64,000 nt of DNA from an uncultured Holophaga sp. (GCA_963664825.1 OY761614.1:1472001-1536000), one strand, 5' to 3'. Positions 12,080 to 22,300 are shown, numbered from the stretch's first letter. Made by a program: numbers and translations. Notes: a model not told the origin generated them from the sequence alone.

Positions 12080-13207
12080 TCAGCCTGGATTGGCAAATTT
12101 CACGGGCATGAGGATGTAACGGAAGCTCATGTCTTCGAGGCTGGGTGACATGAAGATGCCCTGGCCCACGTCATCCTTGAACTGATAGACAACTTCGTCG
12201 CCAGGGACCCGCTCTAGCAGCTCCGTGAGGTAATCGATGTTGAAAGCCAGCTCTAGCGGCTGTTCTTCTCCTGTGAAGCTGATCAGGCCTTGGTTCATGC
12301 CTTCATCGGGGTGTTGGAAATAGACCCGGAGATTGGGAAATTCGAAAAAGAGCCGAACGTTCTTGTTGTAGTCGTCCTTCTTGAGGCCCACGATCCGCAG
12401 GGTCCGGAGGAAATCCTCCCGATCGATGATCACGCGTTTGGGCAAATCGGCGGGCAGCACCTTCTCGTAAGCCGGATAGTTTCCCGTGACCCTGCGGGTG
12501 CTGAATTTGAGGCCAGGCTGATCCATGAAGAGACTGCGATCATCCCAGGAAAGGGTCAACTGGCCATCGTCTCCCAGGGATCCTGGGAGTAGATCCAGCG
12601 CCCTCTTGGGCACGATCAGCCGTGCCTCAGCCGCCAGTTCGGTCTTCAAGGGAAGCTCAACGACCGCCAAACGGAATCCATCCGTGGATACCACGCGGAT
12701 GAAGTCCTTGGAGAGGTGAAGTAGAACCCCCGAGAGGGCAGGCTTGGTTGCGTCCTTGCTGACGGCGATAGAGCCCAACTGGATGGCCTTCCGGAAGGCC
12801 TGGGACGAGACCTGGATGGAGGGCAGATCGGGACCTGGTTTAGGTAGTTCCGGGAATCCTTCCCCGGGTTGAATGTTGTGTTCCGAATTGAACCCCTTGG
12901 CTCTCAGCCAGAGGCGGTTACCGGCCTCCGGCCATTCGAGCGTCAGAAGCCCATCGGGATAGACCCGCACGGTTTCGATGAACTTCTTCCCAGGGATGGC
13001 CGAGACCCGGCTGCCTTGGCCCTCCACTGGAACCGTGGCCTCGAAGGCCAGTTCCATATCCGTGGCCTTGAGGGTCATTTCCTGGTCCTCCACCTCCACC
13101 AGCACGTGCTGGAGGATAGGCAGGGTGACTCGCCGTTCCAGAGCGTGCTTGAGGATCCCGAGGGTCCTGTCTAGACGTTCTTTGGAAACCTGTACTTGAA
13201 AGTTCAT
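12080..13207 (-). CDS. dnaN: DNA polymerase III beta sliding clamp
   Basis: LPILQHVL, ATDMEL, STDGFRLA, GNYPAYEKV, AFNIDYL, YILMPV; directly downstream of dnaA. Confidence 0.95.
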   Translation of the reverse strand: MNFQVQVSKERLDRTLGILKHALERRVTLPILQHVLVEVEDQEMTLKATDMELAFEATVPVEGQGSRVSAIPGKKFIETVRVYPDGLLTLEWPEAGNRLWLRAKGFNSEHNIQPGEGFPELPKPGPDLPSIQVSSQAFRKAIQLGSIAVSKDATKPALSGVLLHLSKDFIRVVSTDGFRLAVVELPLKTELAAEARLIVPKRALDLLPGSLGDDGQLTLSWDDRSLFMDQPGLKFSTRRVTGNYPAYEKVLPADLPKRVIIDREDFLRTLRIVGLKKDDYNKNVRLFFEFPNLRVYFQHPDEGMNQGLISFTGEEQPLELAFNIDYLTELLERVPGDEVVYQFKDDVGQGIFMSPSLEDMSFRYILMPVKFANPG

Positions 13208-13209
13208 GA

Positions 13210-13422
13210 ATCACCCTGATCGTATTGAAGACGCTTTAGGGTTGCGGATAACGAGCACAAACCCTGATTCTACCTCGGAAAAGCGGTCCCGACCACCTGT
13301 GGATGGACCCCCCCGAGCTGCGGATTTCCAAGTTGGAACCTTGGTTCAGTCGGGCTTCCGCAATGGCTTCCGCAGGCGGTTTCCCGCGGAATTGTGGAAA
13401 AGGGGAGGAATGGCCTTTGAAA
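13210..13422. other. Candidate chromosomal origin (oriC) with DnaA boxes
   Basis: dnaA-dnaN intergenic region with TGCGGATAA (13244), TGTGGATGG (13298), TGCGGATTT (13319), GCTTCCGCA x2 (13353, 13365) and TGTGGAAAA (13393, = TTTTCCACA); another TGTGGAAAT at 13458 inside dnaA. Confidence 0.7.
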
Positions 13423-14805
13423 TCAACTAATACTGTTAAGGAGGGACTGCACCCGTTTGTGGAAATCCTGGTCCTTCTGCATCCGGTGCTTCACCGAGTC
13501 GATGGCGTTCATCACCGTGCTATGGTGCATGTTATTGAATGATCTACCTATATCACTAAAGGACATGGCCGTGAGCTCCCGGGCGAGGTACATCGCGACC
13601 TGGCGAGGCAGCAGGATAGCTTGTTGCCTGGATCTCTTCTTCATGAGGTCCATGTAAGCGATGTTGTACGTCTCCGCCGTCATCCTACAGATGCGCTCCA
13701 GAGAGACGCCTGAAGTGGCCTCTTCCCCTGTTTGACCCAGGAAGGCTTGGTGGGCGATCTCGAGGCTGGGTGGTACCCCCAGGAAGCTGCTTTGAAATAC
13801 CACCCTGGTCAGGAGGCCTTCCAGGTCTCGGACACTCCCTTTGGCCTTGTGGCCGATGAAGGTGAGCACATCCTCTGGAACCGGTGGGAGGTCCTTGAAG
13901 ACTTCGTCCTCCAATTTTTTCTTAAGGATGGCCACCCGGGTTTCGAAATCCGGGGGTTGGATGTCGGCCGTGAGGCCCCATTTGCACCGGGTGCGAAGAC
14001 GGTCATGGAGCCCTTCTAGGCGCTCTGGTGGCTTATCAGACGTGATGACGATGGTTTTCCCGTATTGAAGTAGATATTCCAAGATGTAGAAGATTTCTTC
14101 CTGGGTGCGCTCCATGCGGCCGAGGGTCTGCACGTCATCTAAGAGCAGGATATCGTTCTGCTGGTATTTCTTCCGCAGGGCGTCTGTGCTCTTAGTTTTG
14201 ATGGCCACCGTGAATTCATTGAAGAAATTATCCACCTTGAGATAGGCCGCCTTCAGGCTGGGGTTGCGGGCTAGGAGCCCCTTCCCGATGCCGATCATGA
14301 GATGGGTCTTTCCCAGCCCCGAACCGCCATAAATAAAAAGCGGATTCATATTGAGCGTGGCATTGGACTTGCCATGATTTTCTACGACGGCGTTGGCTGC
14401 CGCGAAGGCCAACTGGCTCCCGGGGCCCACCACGAAGCGATCCAGGGTGTAGCGGTGGAAACCCTGGGGAAAAGGGGAATCCGGATTGGCGCTCTCCGCA
14501 GGAGATGCGGCCTTGCCTTTTCCGGTCGCCTTCGGCGCAGGAATTGGCGCGTCCCCTGCGATCGTGAAGGCGAGGCGGAGCTGCGGCATGTCGCATTGGA
14601 CGAGCGCATCGTGGAATTCCTCGGCCAACTGCTGCTCGATCCAGACCCGAGCCGAAGGGCTGGATGTCTGAATCCACAGGGTTGTGCCATCGAAATTGAT
14701 GGCACGGCAGGGCTCGATCCAGTCCTGGAAGGTCCTCTCAGGGAGTCTAGACGCGAGACCCTTTCGGAGAGAGTCCCAGATTGCTTGTGGGTCATTCGCA
14801 GACAT
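13423..14805 (-). CDS. dnaA: Chromosomal replication initiator DnaA
   Basis: NPLFIYGGSGLGKTHL (Walker A), LLLDDVQ, TQEE.F, PRQVAMYL, HSTV; ATG at 14805. Confidence 0.97.
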   Translation of the reverse strand: MSANDPQAIWDSLRKGLASRLPERTFQDWIEPCRAINFDGTTLWIQTSSPSARVWIEQQLAEEFHDALVQCDMPQLRLAFTIAGDAPIPAPKATGKGKAASPAESANPDSPFPQGFHRYTLDRFVVGPGSQLAFAAANAVVENHGKSNATLNMNPLFIYGGSGLGKTHLMIGIGKGLLARNPSLKAAYLKVDNFFNEFTVAIKTKSTDALRKKYQQNDILLLDDVQTLGRMERTQEEIFYILEYLLQYGKTIVITSDKPPERLEGLHDRLRTRCKWGLTADIQPPDFETRVAILKKKLEDEVFKDLPPVPEDVLTFIGHKAKGSVRDLEGLLTRVVFQSSFLGVPPSLEIAHQAFLGQTGEEATSGVSLERICRMTAETYNIAYMDLMKKRSRQQAILLPRQVAMYLARELTAMSFSDIGRSFNNMHHSTVMNAIDSVKHRMQKDQDFHKRVQSLLNSIS

Positions 14806-15019
14806 GGAGAACACCGCCCGGTACCAGGTGAGTCCGCCCAGGACCCAGTGAAAGTGCCCATCCATGAAAAGGGCTGGGCGCGAATGCTGGTGGCGGGGGA
14901 AACCACTTTACCATCCGGTCCCGGATGCAGGAAAGCTCTTTGGGCTTGAGTCAGAGGAAAACCGCTGGTAGGCTCGAAGGTTCGCCCCTCCCTTCAGGAA
15001 CGGGCCCAAGAGGTCGACG

Positions 15020-15154
15020 ATGAAGCGCACTTTCCAGCCCAATAACCGCCGCCGCGCCAAGACCCATGGCTTCCTGAGCCGTATGAAGACCAAGAATGGC
15101 CGCATGGTGCTGAAGCGCCGTCGGGCCAAGGGTCGGCACGTTCTCGCCCTGTAG
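15020..15154 (+). CDS. rpmH: 50S ribosomal protein L34
   Basis: Translated by hand: [44 protein letters not shown] (44 aa, not in the ORF track); GAGG SD. Confidence 0.97.
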   Translation: MKRTFQPNNRRRAKTHGFLSRMKTKNGRMVLKRRRAKGRHVLAL

Positions 15155-15159
15155 TCCTC

Positions 15160-15525
15160 GTGCGCGTCGCTGGGCGCTACCGGGTGGTCCAGAGAATGGA
15201 TCATGCCGTTCCCGAGCGGCCTCCCAGGCCTTTCACGCCTCGGGAAAGCCCACTGGACATACGGATCTGGGCACACCCAAACGAATCCATGCCCCTGCTT
15301 CTGGTGAACGCCTCCAGGAAGCAGGGGCAGGCTGTGTTTCGGAATCGTTTTCGACGCAGGGTGCGCATGGCCTTCCTGCAGGTTCTCCGTTCGGACCCGG
15401 GATTGGCCCCGTTCAGCGGTGTTGTTTGGGTAAGGCCTGCCCGAGGTGCCCGAAAGGGGTGTGATATCCCCTATGCTGATATTGCGGACCAGTTGACCCT
15501 GGCCCTTCGCCGTTGGAAGGCCTGA
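15160..15525 (+). CDS. rnpA: Ribonuclease P protein component (divergent)
   Basis: SRKQGQAVFRNRFRRRVR RNR motif; lies between rpmH and yidC. Confidence 0.8.
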   Translation: MRVAGRYRVVQRMDHAVPERPPRPFTPRESPLDIRIWAHPNESMPLLLVNASRKQGQAVFRNRFRRRVRMAFLQVLRSDPGLAPFSGVVWVRPARGARKGCDIPYADIADQLTLALRRWKA

Positions 15526-17135
15526 TGAAAAACAAGAACTTCCTGCTCTTCATCGTCCTCAGCATGGGACTGTATGGGATCTACTACCTCCTGACGCCGA
15601 AGGTGCAGCCTCCGGCTGTTCCTGCGCCCCAGGTTCAAGTTGCCGAGACCCCGGCCCAGGCTCCTGCACTTCAGACCCCTTCGGCCATCCCCGGCCTCGT
15701 CACGGGTCTGGATGCCCAGGCTCTCTTCACCTTTGAAAACCCTGACCTGAAACTCACGTGGCGCAAGCAGGACGGGGCTCTGCTCCAGGCTGTTTGGAAG
15801 CAGGACGGCACCAAGTTCTTCCCTGGTGAACACCGGGACAAGAAGACGGGCCAGCTCCTGGCACCAGCCTTCATCGGGATCGGCGGCACCCTGGATTCCC
15901 GCTTCGAGGGGGAACCTGAGGTTCAGGCCAACGATGGGGCCGATACCATCAGCTTCCACAATGCCCTCGGGGAGCGCCTATCCTATCGGCTGCCTCGGAA
16001 GGGTCATGTCCTGGACATGGAATGGTCCTCTCCTCGGGGCGGCAAGCTCTTTCTGTTGAGGGCGCTTTCCGATATCCCCAAGGCTCGGGATCCCCGCACC
16101 GGCGAGGAAGTGGAGCTTAATCCCCTCCATAGCCTGGACCGGGTCTTCACCCTGGAAGATAAAAACATCGAGGCCGTGGCCTGGATGAAGATCTTGAAAG
16201 ACCCCTGGAATAGTTTTATGGGCGGAAAGCGGAAGGTGCTTCCCCCTGCCAGCCGTCGCCTGGGTATGGACGCGGGGATTGATGGCGATAAGGGTTCCCA
16301 ACGCACCCATTTCTTCGTCGCCCTCTGGGAAGCCGGCCAGCCAGTCATTCGGGACATCCCTGGCTACCTGCTGGCCCCGGACGCCAGTGGCCACGCCCAG
16401 GCTCGCCTCTATCTGGGCCCCAAGCATAAGCCCGAGCTTGAAGCCTTCGGTAAGCCCTTCACCCAGGTCATGGACTTCGGATTCTTTGGGCTCGTGGCCA
16501 AGGCCATGTTCTGGATCCTCCTTAATATCCAGACGGTGGTGCCCAACTGGGGCTGGGCCATCGTGATCTTCTCGGTGTTATTGCGCCTGGCCCTCTGGCC
16601 TCTCAACAACAAGACCACTATCCAACTCCTACGCATGAAGGACCTGGAACCTCATCAGAAGGCCCTCCAGGCCAAGTACGAGAAGTTTGGTAACGATATG
16701 CAGAAGAAGGCCGAGATGCAGAAGGAGCTGATGGCCTTCTACAAGAAGAACGGCCACAACCCCATGGGAGGCTGCCTGCCCATGCTCCTCCAGATGCCCG
16801 TTTTCTTCGCCCTCTGGTCCATGTTGAGCGCCGTCTTCGAGCTGCGTCAGGCCCATTGGATCTTCTGGATCCGGGATCTCTCGGCCCCCGACAAGTTCTA
16901 TCTACTGCCCATCCTCTTGGGCGTCTCCATGATCGCCCAGCAGATGATGACCCCCGCCACCGGGGATCCCGCCCAGCGGAAGATGATGATGTTCCTCATG
17001 CCGGTGATGATGACCTTCTTCTTTGCCAATACCCCTGCGGGGCTCTGCCTCTACTACCTCATCTTCAACCTCATCGGCATGGGGCAGACCTGGTGGGTGA
17101 TGCGGAACTACAAGCCCCAGCCTGTGGTGATCTGA
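15525..17135 (+). CDS. yidC: Membrane protein insertase YidC
   Basis: LYLGPK, DFGFF, NWGWAIV, NPMGGCLPMLLQMPVFFAL, WIRDLSAPD, PAGLCLYY; ATG overlaps the rnpA stop (TGATG). Confidence 0.96.
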   Translation: MKNKNFLLFIVLSMGLYGIYYLLTPKVQPPAVPAPQVQVAETPAQAPALQTPSAIPGLVTGLDAQALFTFENPDLKLTWRKQDGALLQAVWKQDGTKFFPGEHRDKKTGQLLAPAFIGIGGTLDSRFEGEPEVQANDGADTISFHNALGERLSYRLPRKGHVLDMEWSSPRGGKLFLLRALSDIPKARDPRTGEEVELNPLHSLDRVFTLEDKNIEAVAWMKILKDPWNSFMGGKRKVLPPASRRLGMDAGIDGDKGSQRTHFFVALWEAGQPVIRDIPGYLLAPDASGHAQARLYLGPKHKPELEAFGKPFTQVMDFGFFGLVAKAMFWILLNIQTVVPNWGWAIVIFSVLLRLALWPLNNKTTIQLLRMKDLEPHQKALQAKYEKFGNDMQKKAEMQKELMAFYKKNGHNPMGGCLPMLLQMPVFFALWSMLSAVFELRQAHWIFWIRDLSAPDKFYLLPILLGVSMIAQQMMTPATGDPAQRKMMMFLMPVMMTFFFANTPAGLCLYYLIFNLIGMGQTWWVMRNYKPQPVVI

Positions 17136-17152
17136 AGTCTCCTGGAGGACCC

Positions 17153-17617
17153 ATGCGAAAGGCTATTTCCCTGGAAGCCCTGCCGGAAGTCGCAACGGCC
17201 TGGTGTGAACAGCTCGGTTTCAATGTGAAAGCACGGTATCAGCCCTCTGGGGACGAAGAACTCTTCCCGAACCGGATGGTGCTTGAGGGTGCGGACGCCC
17301 AGTGTCTGCTCGCCAACAAGGGCCAGGCCCTGGATGCCCTGCAGTTCGTGCTCCATGAAGTCCAGGGGGAGCGAGAAGAAGCTCGGCTGGCCTACCTGGA
17401 TGTCCAGGGTTTCAGGCTCTTCCGGATGACCGAGGTCAAGGCCATGGCCTCCATGGCCGCTGAGAAGACGCGGCAGACGGGTAGCTATACCTTTGCGTCC
17501 CTGAGCCCCCGGGAACGCCGCTGGGTCCACCTCTCGGTGGCTCGGGAGGAAGGCTTGAGCACCGAGAGTGAGGGCATCGGAACCTTGAAGGCCCTGAAGG
17601 TGTTCAAGACGGTCTGA
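17153..17617 (+). CDS. jag: Jag/KhpB-like RNA-binding protein (KH + R3H, short form)
   Basis: NKGQALDALQF (KH-like) and SPRERRWVH (R3H); between yidC and mnmE; GGAGG SD. Confidence 0.8.
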   Translation: MRKAISLEALPEVATAWCEQLGFNVKARYQPSGDEELFPNRMVLEGADAQCLLANKGQALDALQFVLHEVQGEREEARLAYLDVQGFRLFRMTEVKAMASMAAEKTRQTGSYTFASLSPRERRWVHLSVAREEGLSTESEGIGTLKALKVFKTV

Positions 17618-17623
17618 AGTCCC

Positions 17624-18925
17624 GTGACCGATCCCATCTGTGCCCCCGCCACCCCTCTTTTCCCAAGCGCGGTGGCCATTGTCAGGGTGTCTGGACAATC
17701 CCTGTCCAAGACCCTGGAGCCATTGTTGCGCCTGCCTGCTGGCCGGGGCATGGAACTGCACTGGATCACCTGGGAGGTCTACCGCGAACGGGCTCTTGTG
17801 CTCTTCTTTCCTGCGCCCGCCAGTTATACGGGAGAAGATCTTGTGGAATTCCAACTCCATGGGAATCCCCTCCTTGTGCGCCGTTTTCTCGAACACCTGG
17901 GCCGCCTGGGAGTCCGTCTGGCCAAGCCCGGGGAATTCACGCAGCGGGCCCTCCTGAATGGAAAGCAGTCCCTCCTGGAGGTCGAGGCCCTGAGGGATCT
18001 GGTATCTGCCGCCACCGATACCCAGCTGCGCATGGCCCAGGCCCGCTCCGGCTCCTGCCCTGAGTGGATCAGGGGAGCCAAGGCCCGGCTTGCACCCTGG
18101 GTAGCCAGGGCCGAGGCTGTGGTCGACTATGGGGAAGATGAAGATATCAGTATTGATATCAATAAAATGGAATCCGATATCCAGCTGCTCTGGCGGACGT
18201 TCCACGTGGAACAGTTGAGGAGTTCGGCCGCCCGCTGGCTGCGGGATGGGATCCGGATCGCCTTGGTGGGACGGCCCAACGCAGGGAAGAGCACCCTTTT
18301 TAATGCCCTAGTGGGAGAGGACCGGGCCATCGTCACGGAGATCCCGGGAACCACCCGGGATGTGTTGGAGATCCGCACCGAATGGGCGGGGCTGCCCCTC
18401 TATCTTTTCGATACGGCGGGCCTGCGCAACACCGAGGACCCCATCGAGCGCCTGGGGGTGGCCCGGGTGGCGGCCGTGCTGGAGGAGGTGGACCTCATCC
18501 TCCATCTCCTGCCCGTGATGGACGAGGGCCCGGACCCGGAGATCCTCGACCGGTTGGCCCCCTTCCATGGCAAGGTGTTGGAAATTAGGACTTTCGGGGA
18601 CCAGATGAAGGGCGGCCAGGGCCTGGTGGTTTCGGCTTCTGTGGGGGATCTATCTGCCCTAGAGGTGGCCCTCAAGGAACGCTTCCTGGGAGCTCTTGCC
18701 CCGGACGCCTGCCTGGGTGCCCTGGCGACCCAGCGGCAGCGGGAACTACTCCAGGAACTCCTCCTTCAGGCAGATCTCCTGATCGGGCTTCCCCTGGACT
18801 CTCCTCCCGAACTCGCTGCTTCCGCCCTGCAGGGCATGTGGGCTCTCCTGGCACGACTGACAGGGGAGGACCGGGTGGAGAGTACCCTGGACCAAGTGTT
18901 CAGCGGCTTCTGCCTGGGCAAGTGA
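17624..18925 (+). CDS. mnmE: tRNA modification GTPase MnmE
   Basis: PASYTGEDLVE, PGEFTQRALLNGK, GRPNAGKSTL, PGTTRD, DTAG, C-terminal FCLGK. Confidence 0.96.
   Translation: MTDPICAPATPLFPSAVAIVRVSGQSLSKTLEPLLRLPAGRGMELHWITWEVYRERALVLFFPAPASYTGEDLVEFQLHGNPLLVRRFLEHLGRLGVRLAKPGEFTQRALLNGKQSLLEVEALRDLVSAATDTQLRMAQARSGSCPEWIRGAKARLAPWVARAEAVVDYGEDEDISIDINKMESDIQLLWRTFHVEQLRSSAARWLRDGIRIALVGRPNAGKSTLFNALVGEDRAIVTEIPGTTRDVLEIRTEWAGLPLYLFDTAGLRNTEDPIERLGVARVAAVLEEVDLILHLLPVMDEGPDPEILDRLAPFHGKVLEIRTFGDQMKGGQGLVVSASVGDLSALEVALKERFLGALAPDACLGALATQRQRELLQELLLQADLLIGLPLDSPPELAASALQGMWALLARLTGEDRVESTLDQVFSGFCLGK
18198..18213. promoter_or_regulatory. parS-type site inside mnmE
   Basis: CGTTCCACGTGGAACA, 15/16 match. 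Confidence 0.8.
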
Positions 18926-19008
18926 GAGTCGTTGTAACGAAAGAACCGGAAAGGCATCGGTGCTTCGTTATGGCCCCCAAGGGCTAAGATGGTGTCCATG
19001 GAGTGTGT

Positions 19009-20481
19009 ATGGGTGGGAAGATCAAGGCCGGTTTCGAGGCGGTCATTGGCCTAGAGATCCATGTCCAGTTGCTCACGCGATCCAAGATGTTTTGCGCCTG
19101 CGAAAACCGCTATGGGGGCGAGCCCAATACCCGGACCTGTCCGGTCTGCCTGGGGCTACCGGGGGCCCTTCCCGTGCTCAACGACGACGCCGTCAAGATG
19201 GCCCTCATGCTGGGGCTGGCCATCCATGGCTCTATCCAGTCGAGCAGCACTTTCTACCGAAAGCAGTATTTCTACCCGGATCTGCCCAAGGGCTACCAGA
19301 TCACCCAGGGGCCCGTGGCTCTGGTTGAGGAAGGGTGGATGGATATTCCCGGGGACCCTGAAGTCCGCCAGGGGGAGGCTCCCATTCGTGTGCGCATCGA
19401 GCGGGTCCACCTTGAGGAGGATGCAGGGAAATCCAGTCACGAATTCGATGCCGAGCACAGCCATGTGGATCTGAACCGGGCGGGAGTGCCGCTCCTGGAA
19501 ATCGTCGGAGCTCCGGATCTGCGCAGCGCCCAGGAGGCCTCGGATTACCTCAAGGCTCTCCATCACCTCGTCACCTACCTTGGGATCAGCGACGGGAACA
19601 TGGACGAGGGAAGTCTGCGCTGTGACGCCAATGTCTCCGTGCGGCGGGTAGGCGAGACCGTCTATGGGACACGGGTGGAGGTGAAGAATCTCAACTCCTT
19701 CCGTTTCCTTCGGCAGGCCCTGGATTACGAGATCGATCGCCAGATCGATCTCCTGGAAAAGGGCGATACCTTCTCCCAGGAGACCCGGGGTTGGGATGCC
19801 CAGGCGGGGATCACCCGTAGCCAGCGCAGCAAGGAGGCGGCCATGGACTACCGCCACTTCCCGGAGCCCGATCTGCCCACCTTAATTGTGGAGGCAGAAG
19901 AAATCGCCCTGGCCAAGGCCCGTCTCCCGGAGCTCCCCGAGGCGCGAAGGCTGCGATTCCAGGAGTCCTTTGCCCTGACGGAATACGAGGCCGGTCTGCT
20001 CCTTCAGAGCCGTTCCTTTGCGGCATTCTTCGAGGCCACGGCCGAGGCTTGTGGCAATGGAAAACAGGCTGCCAACTGGATGCTGGGGGAAGTGAGCCGC
20101 ACCCTGAATGAGAGCGGAGGGGATCTGGGCCACCTGAGGCTGGACCCTGTGCAGTTGGGTGAACTCATCGGCCTAGTGGAGACAGGCGCTATCAACCTCA
20201 ATACAGCCAAGGAGGTAGTGTTCCCTGCCCTATTAATGGGTGAGGGGACCCCTTTGGAAATCGTCGCACGGAAGGGTTTGGCTCAGGTGACGGACCACGG
20301 TGCCATTGAGGCCCTTGTGGACGAGGTCCTGGTGGCCCATCCGGAGCCCCTGGCCCAATTCCGGGCGGGGAAGACAGGCCTCCGGGGTTTCTTCGTGGGG
20401 CAGGTGATGAAGGGTGGAGCGGGGAAGGTAAACCCCCGATTGGTGAATGAGATCCTGGACGAACGTCTCTCCAGACCCTAG
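19009..20481 (+). CDS. gatB: Asp/Glu-tRNA amidotransferase subunit B
   Basis: VIGLEIHVQL, CPVCLGLPGALP, YFYPDLPKGYQITQ, HLEEDAGK, LRCDANVS, EVKNLNS, FPEPDL. Confidence 0.97.
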   Translation: MGGKIKAGFEAVIGLEIHVQLLTRSKMFCACENRYGGEPNTRTCPVCLGLPGALPVLNDDAVKMALMLGLAIHGSIQSSSTFYRKQYFYPDLPKGYQITQGPVALVEEGWMDIPGDPEVRQGEAPIRVRIERVHLEEDAGKSSHEFDAEHSHVDLNRAGVPLLEIVGAPDLRSAQEASDYLKALHHLVTYLGISDGNMDEGSLRCDANVSVRRVGETVYGTRVEVKNLNSFRFLRQALDYEIDRQIDLLEKGDTFSQETRGWDAQAGITRSQRSKEAAMDYRHFPEPDLPTLIVEAEEIALAKARLPELPEARRLRFQESFALTEYEAGLLLQSRSFAAFFEATAEACGNGKQAANWMLGEVSRTLNESGGDLGHLRLDPVQLGELIGLVETGAINLNTAKEVVFPALLMGEGTPLEIVARKGLAQVTDHGAIEALVDEVLVAHPEPLAQFRAGKTGLRGFFVGQVMKGGAGKVNPRLVNEILDERLSRP

Positions 20482-20502
20482 GCTGAGGCGGAGGGAGAAT
20501 CT

Positions 20503-20781
20503 ATGACCGATTCCACCAAGGGCCCCGAGGATCTCGAGCAGACCATCCTTCATCAGGATAGCTATCGGAAGGTCCTGTTCGGGGAGGTGGCCGATCCCCT
20601 TTTCCCGCCGCACCCCGGTGTGCCGGAGTCCTCGGAAGATGAGCTCACCCGAGCGGCCATCGAGGATCCCGCGGCGGCGACCGTGCATACGGCGCATCTG
20701 GAGCCTACCTTCTGGCGCTTCGTGGCCATTCTCGTCTTCGCCGTCGTCGCCTTAGCTGTGGTTTTCCGTTGGTTCCGCTAG
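20503..20781 (+). CDS. Small hypothetical protein with C-terminal TM anchor
   Basis: GGAGGGAG SD; acidic N-terminus; hydrophobic C-terminal helix. Confidence 0.6.
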   Translation: MTDSTKGPEDLEQTILHQDSYRKVLFGEVADPLFPPHPGVPESSEDELTRAAIEDPAAATVHTAHLEPTFWRFVAILVFAVVALAVVFRWFR

Positions 20782-20852
20782 AATTCCCCTTGGCTGCGAG
20801 TCCACTCCTGAGCCTCGCGGGCCATTGAATTTTCCTAATCGGGGACGAGTCC

Positions 20853-22049
20853 ATGGATACGAGGCATTGGGGCCCCACAACCACCGCGATTCATGCGGGC
20901 CGCGTCTTCAATAGCACCCGGGCGGTCACGACTCCGATCTTCCAGACCTCGGTCTTTGGATTGTTGGAGAACGCCGAAGGGGCTGAATTCGCAAATTCCG
21001 TGGAACCGCCGACCTTCTACACCCGTTGGGGAAATTCCAATTTCAGTGAGGCTCAGGCCGTTCTTGCGGCCCTGGAGGGCACGGACCGGGCCCTGCTGAC
21101 CAGCTCTGGGATGAGCGCCTTTTCCACCCTCTTTGAGACCTTCCTCAGCCCCGGGGATCACGTGGTGGCTCCTGCGGCCATCTACCTCGGTACCGAACAG
21201 CTGCTTCGCCGCTGGGAATCGACCAAGGGGTTGCGGATTACCTGGGTCCAGGATGTCCTCGATATGGAGGAATGGAAATCAGCCATGGAGGTTTGTACGG
21301 CCCTGGTGCTGGTGGAAAGCCCCTCCAATCCCACGCTGGCGGTGACCGATCTGGAGGGCGTGGCGGCCCTGGCTAGGCAGCGGGGCATCCGCACCGTGGC
21401 TGACAACACCTTCGCCTCTCCTGTGCTCACCCGCCCCTGTGAATTAGGTTTCAATCTCAGTGTCTCCAGCGCGACCAAATATCTGGGAGGGCATTCAGAT
21501 ATCGTGCTGGGTGTCATCGCAGGCAATGAATCCGATGTGGTCAAGTGTTGGGAAGTGGCCAAACTGACCGGTCCAACACCGGATCCCATGGCCGCCTGGT
21601 TGCTACACCGCGGCCTCAAGACGCTTTACATGAGGGTTCGCCGGTCCTCGGATAATGCCCAATCCTTGGCCCAATGGCTGCTCTGGCAGCCCCAGGTGGC
21701 TCGGGTGGACTATCCTGGGCTGGCGGAGCATCCTGGACACGCCATAGCCGCCCGGCAGATGCAGGGGGGCTTCGGGGGGATGCTGAGCTTCGAGCTGCGA
21801 GGAGGCCTCACCGCGGGTCGCCGTTTCTGTGAGGCGGTGGAAATCATCACCCGGGCTGTGAGCCTGGGCGGGGTGGAGAGCCTCATCCAACATCCTGCCT
21901 CTATGAGTCACCTACGCACGCCTCACGAGGTGAAGGCCCGGCTGGGGATTACGGATGGCCTATTGCGTCTTTCTGTGGGCATCGAGGACGAGCCCGATCT
22001 GAAGGCCGATTTGGAGCGCGGGCTCCAGGCGGCCACCATGATGTGTTGA
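20853..22049 (+). CDS. PLP-dependent trans-sulfuration enzyme (cystathionine gamma-synthase/lyase or methionine gamma-lyase family)
   Basis: PIFQTS, YTRWGN, SSGMSA, ESPSNP, DNTFASP, SATKYLGGHSD, AVSLGGVESL, RLSVGIE. Confidence 0.93.
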   Translation: MDTRHWGPTTTAIHAGRVFNSTRAVTTPIFQTSVFGLLENAEGAEFANSVEPPTFYTRWGNSNFSEAQAVLAALEGTDRALLTSSGMSAFSTLFETFLSPGDHVVAPAAIYLGTEQLLRRWESTKGLRITWVQDVLDMEEWKSAMEVCTALVLVESPSNPTLAVTDLEGVAALARQRGIRTVADNTFASPVLTRPCELGFNLSVSSATKYLGGHSDIVLGVIAGNESDVVKCWEVAKLTGPTPDPMAAWLLHRGLKTLYMRVRRSSDNAQSLAQWLLWQPQVARVDYPGLAEHPGHAIAARQMQGGFGGMLSFELRGGLTAGRRFCEAVEIITRAVSLGGVESLIQHPASMSHLRTPHEVKARLGITDGLLRLSVGIEDEPDLKADLERGLQAATMMC

Positions 22050-22056
22050 GGCCTGC

Positions 22057-22257
22057 ATGAAGCTGATCATCAATGGAGAAACCCGAGAGACGCCTGTCTT
22101 GGCCTATATCGCGGACTTGGCCTCCTGGCTGGAACTCCCGGCCTTTGGTAGCGCCGTGGAGTTGAATGGCGAAGTGGTGAGGAAGGCCATGCATGCGGTC
22201 ACCCCCTTGAAGGAGGGCGACCGTTTGGAGATCGTCCGGCTGGTGGGGGGAGGCTGA
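22057..22257 (+). CDS. thiS: ThiS-family sulfur carrier protein
   Basis: 66 aa; INGE...AVELNGEVV...GDRLEIVRLVGGG with C-terminal GG. Confidence 0.88.
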   Translation: MKLIINGETRETPVLAYIADLASWLELPAFGSAVELNGEVVRKAMHAVTPLKEGDRLEIVRLVGGG

Positions 22258-22283
22258 AAGAGGCCGCCCGTGCGGCCTCTTTC
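22256..22283. terminator. Bidirectional stem-loop terminator
   Basis: GAAAGAGGCCGC-CCGT-GCGGCCTCTTTC between convergent genes. Confidence 0.7.
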
Positions 22284-22300
22284 CTGAGCTTTCTGTGGTT

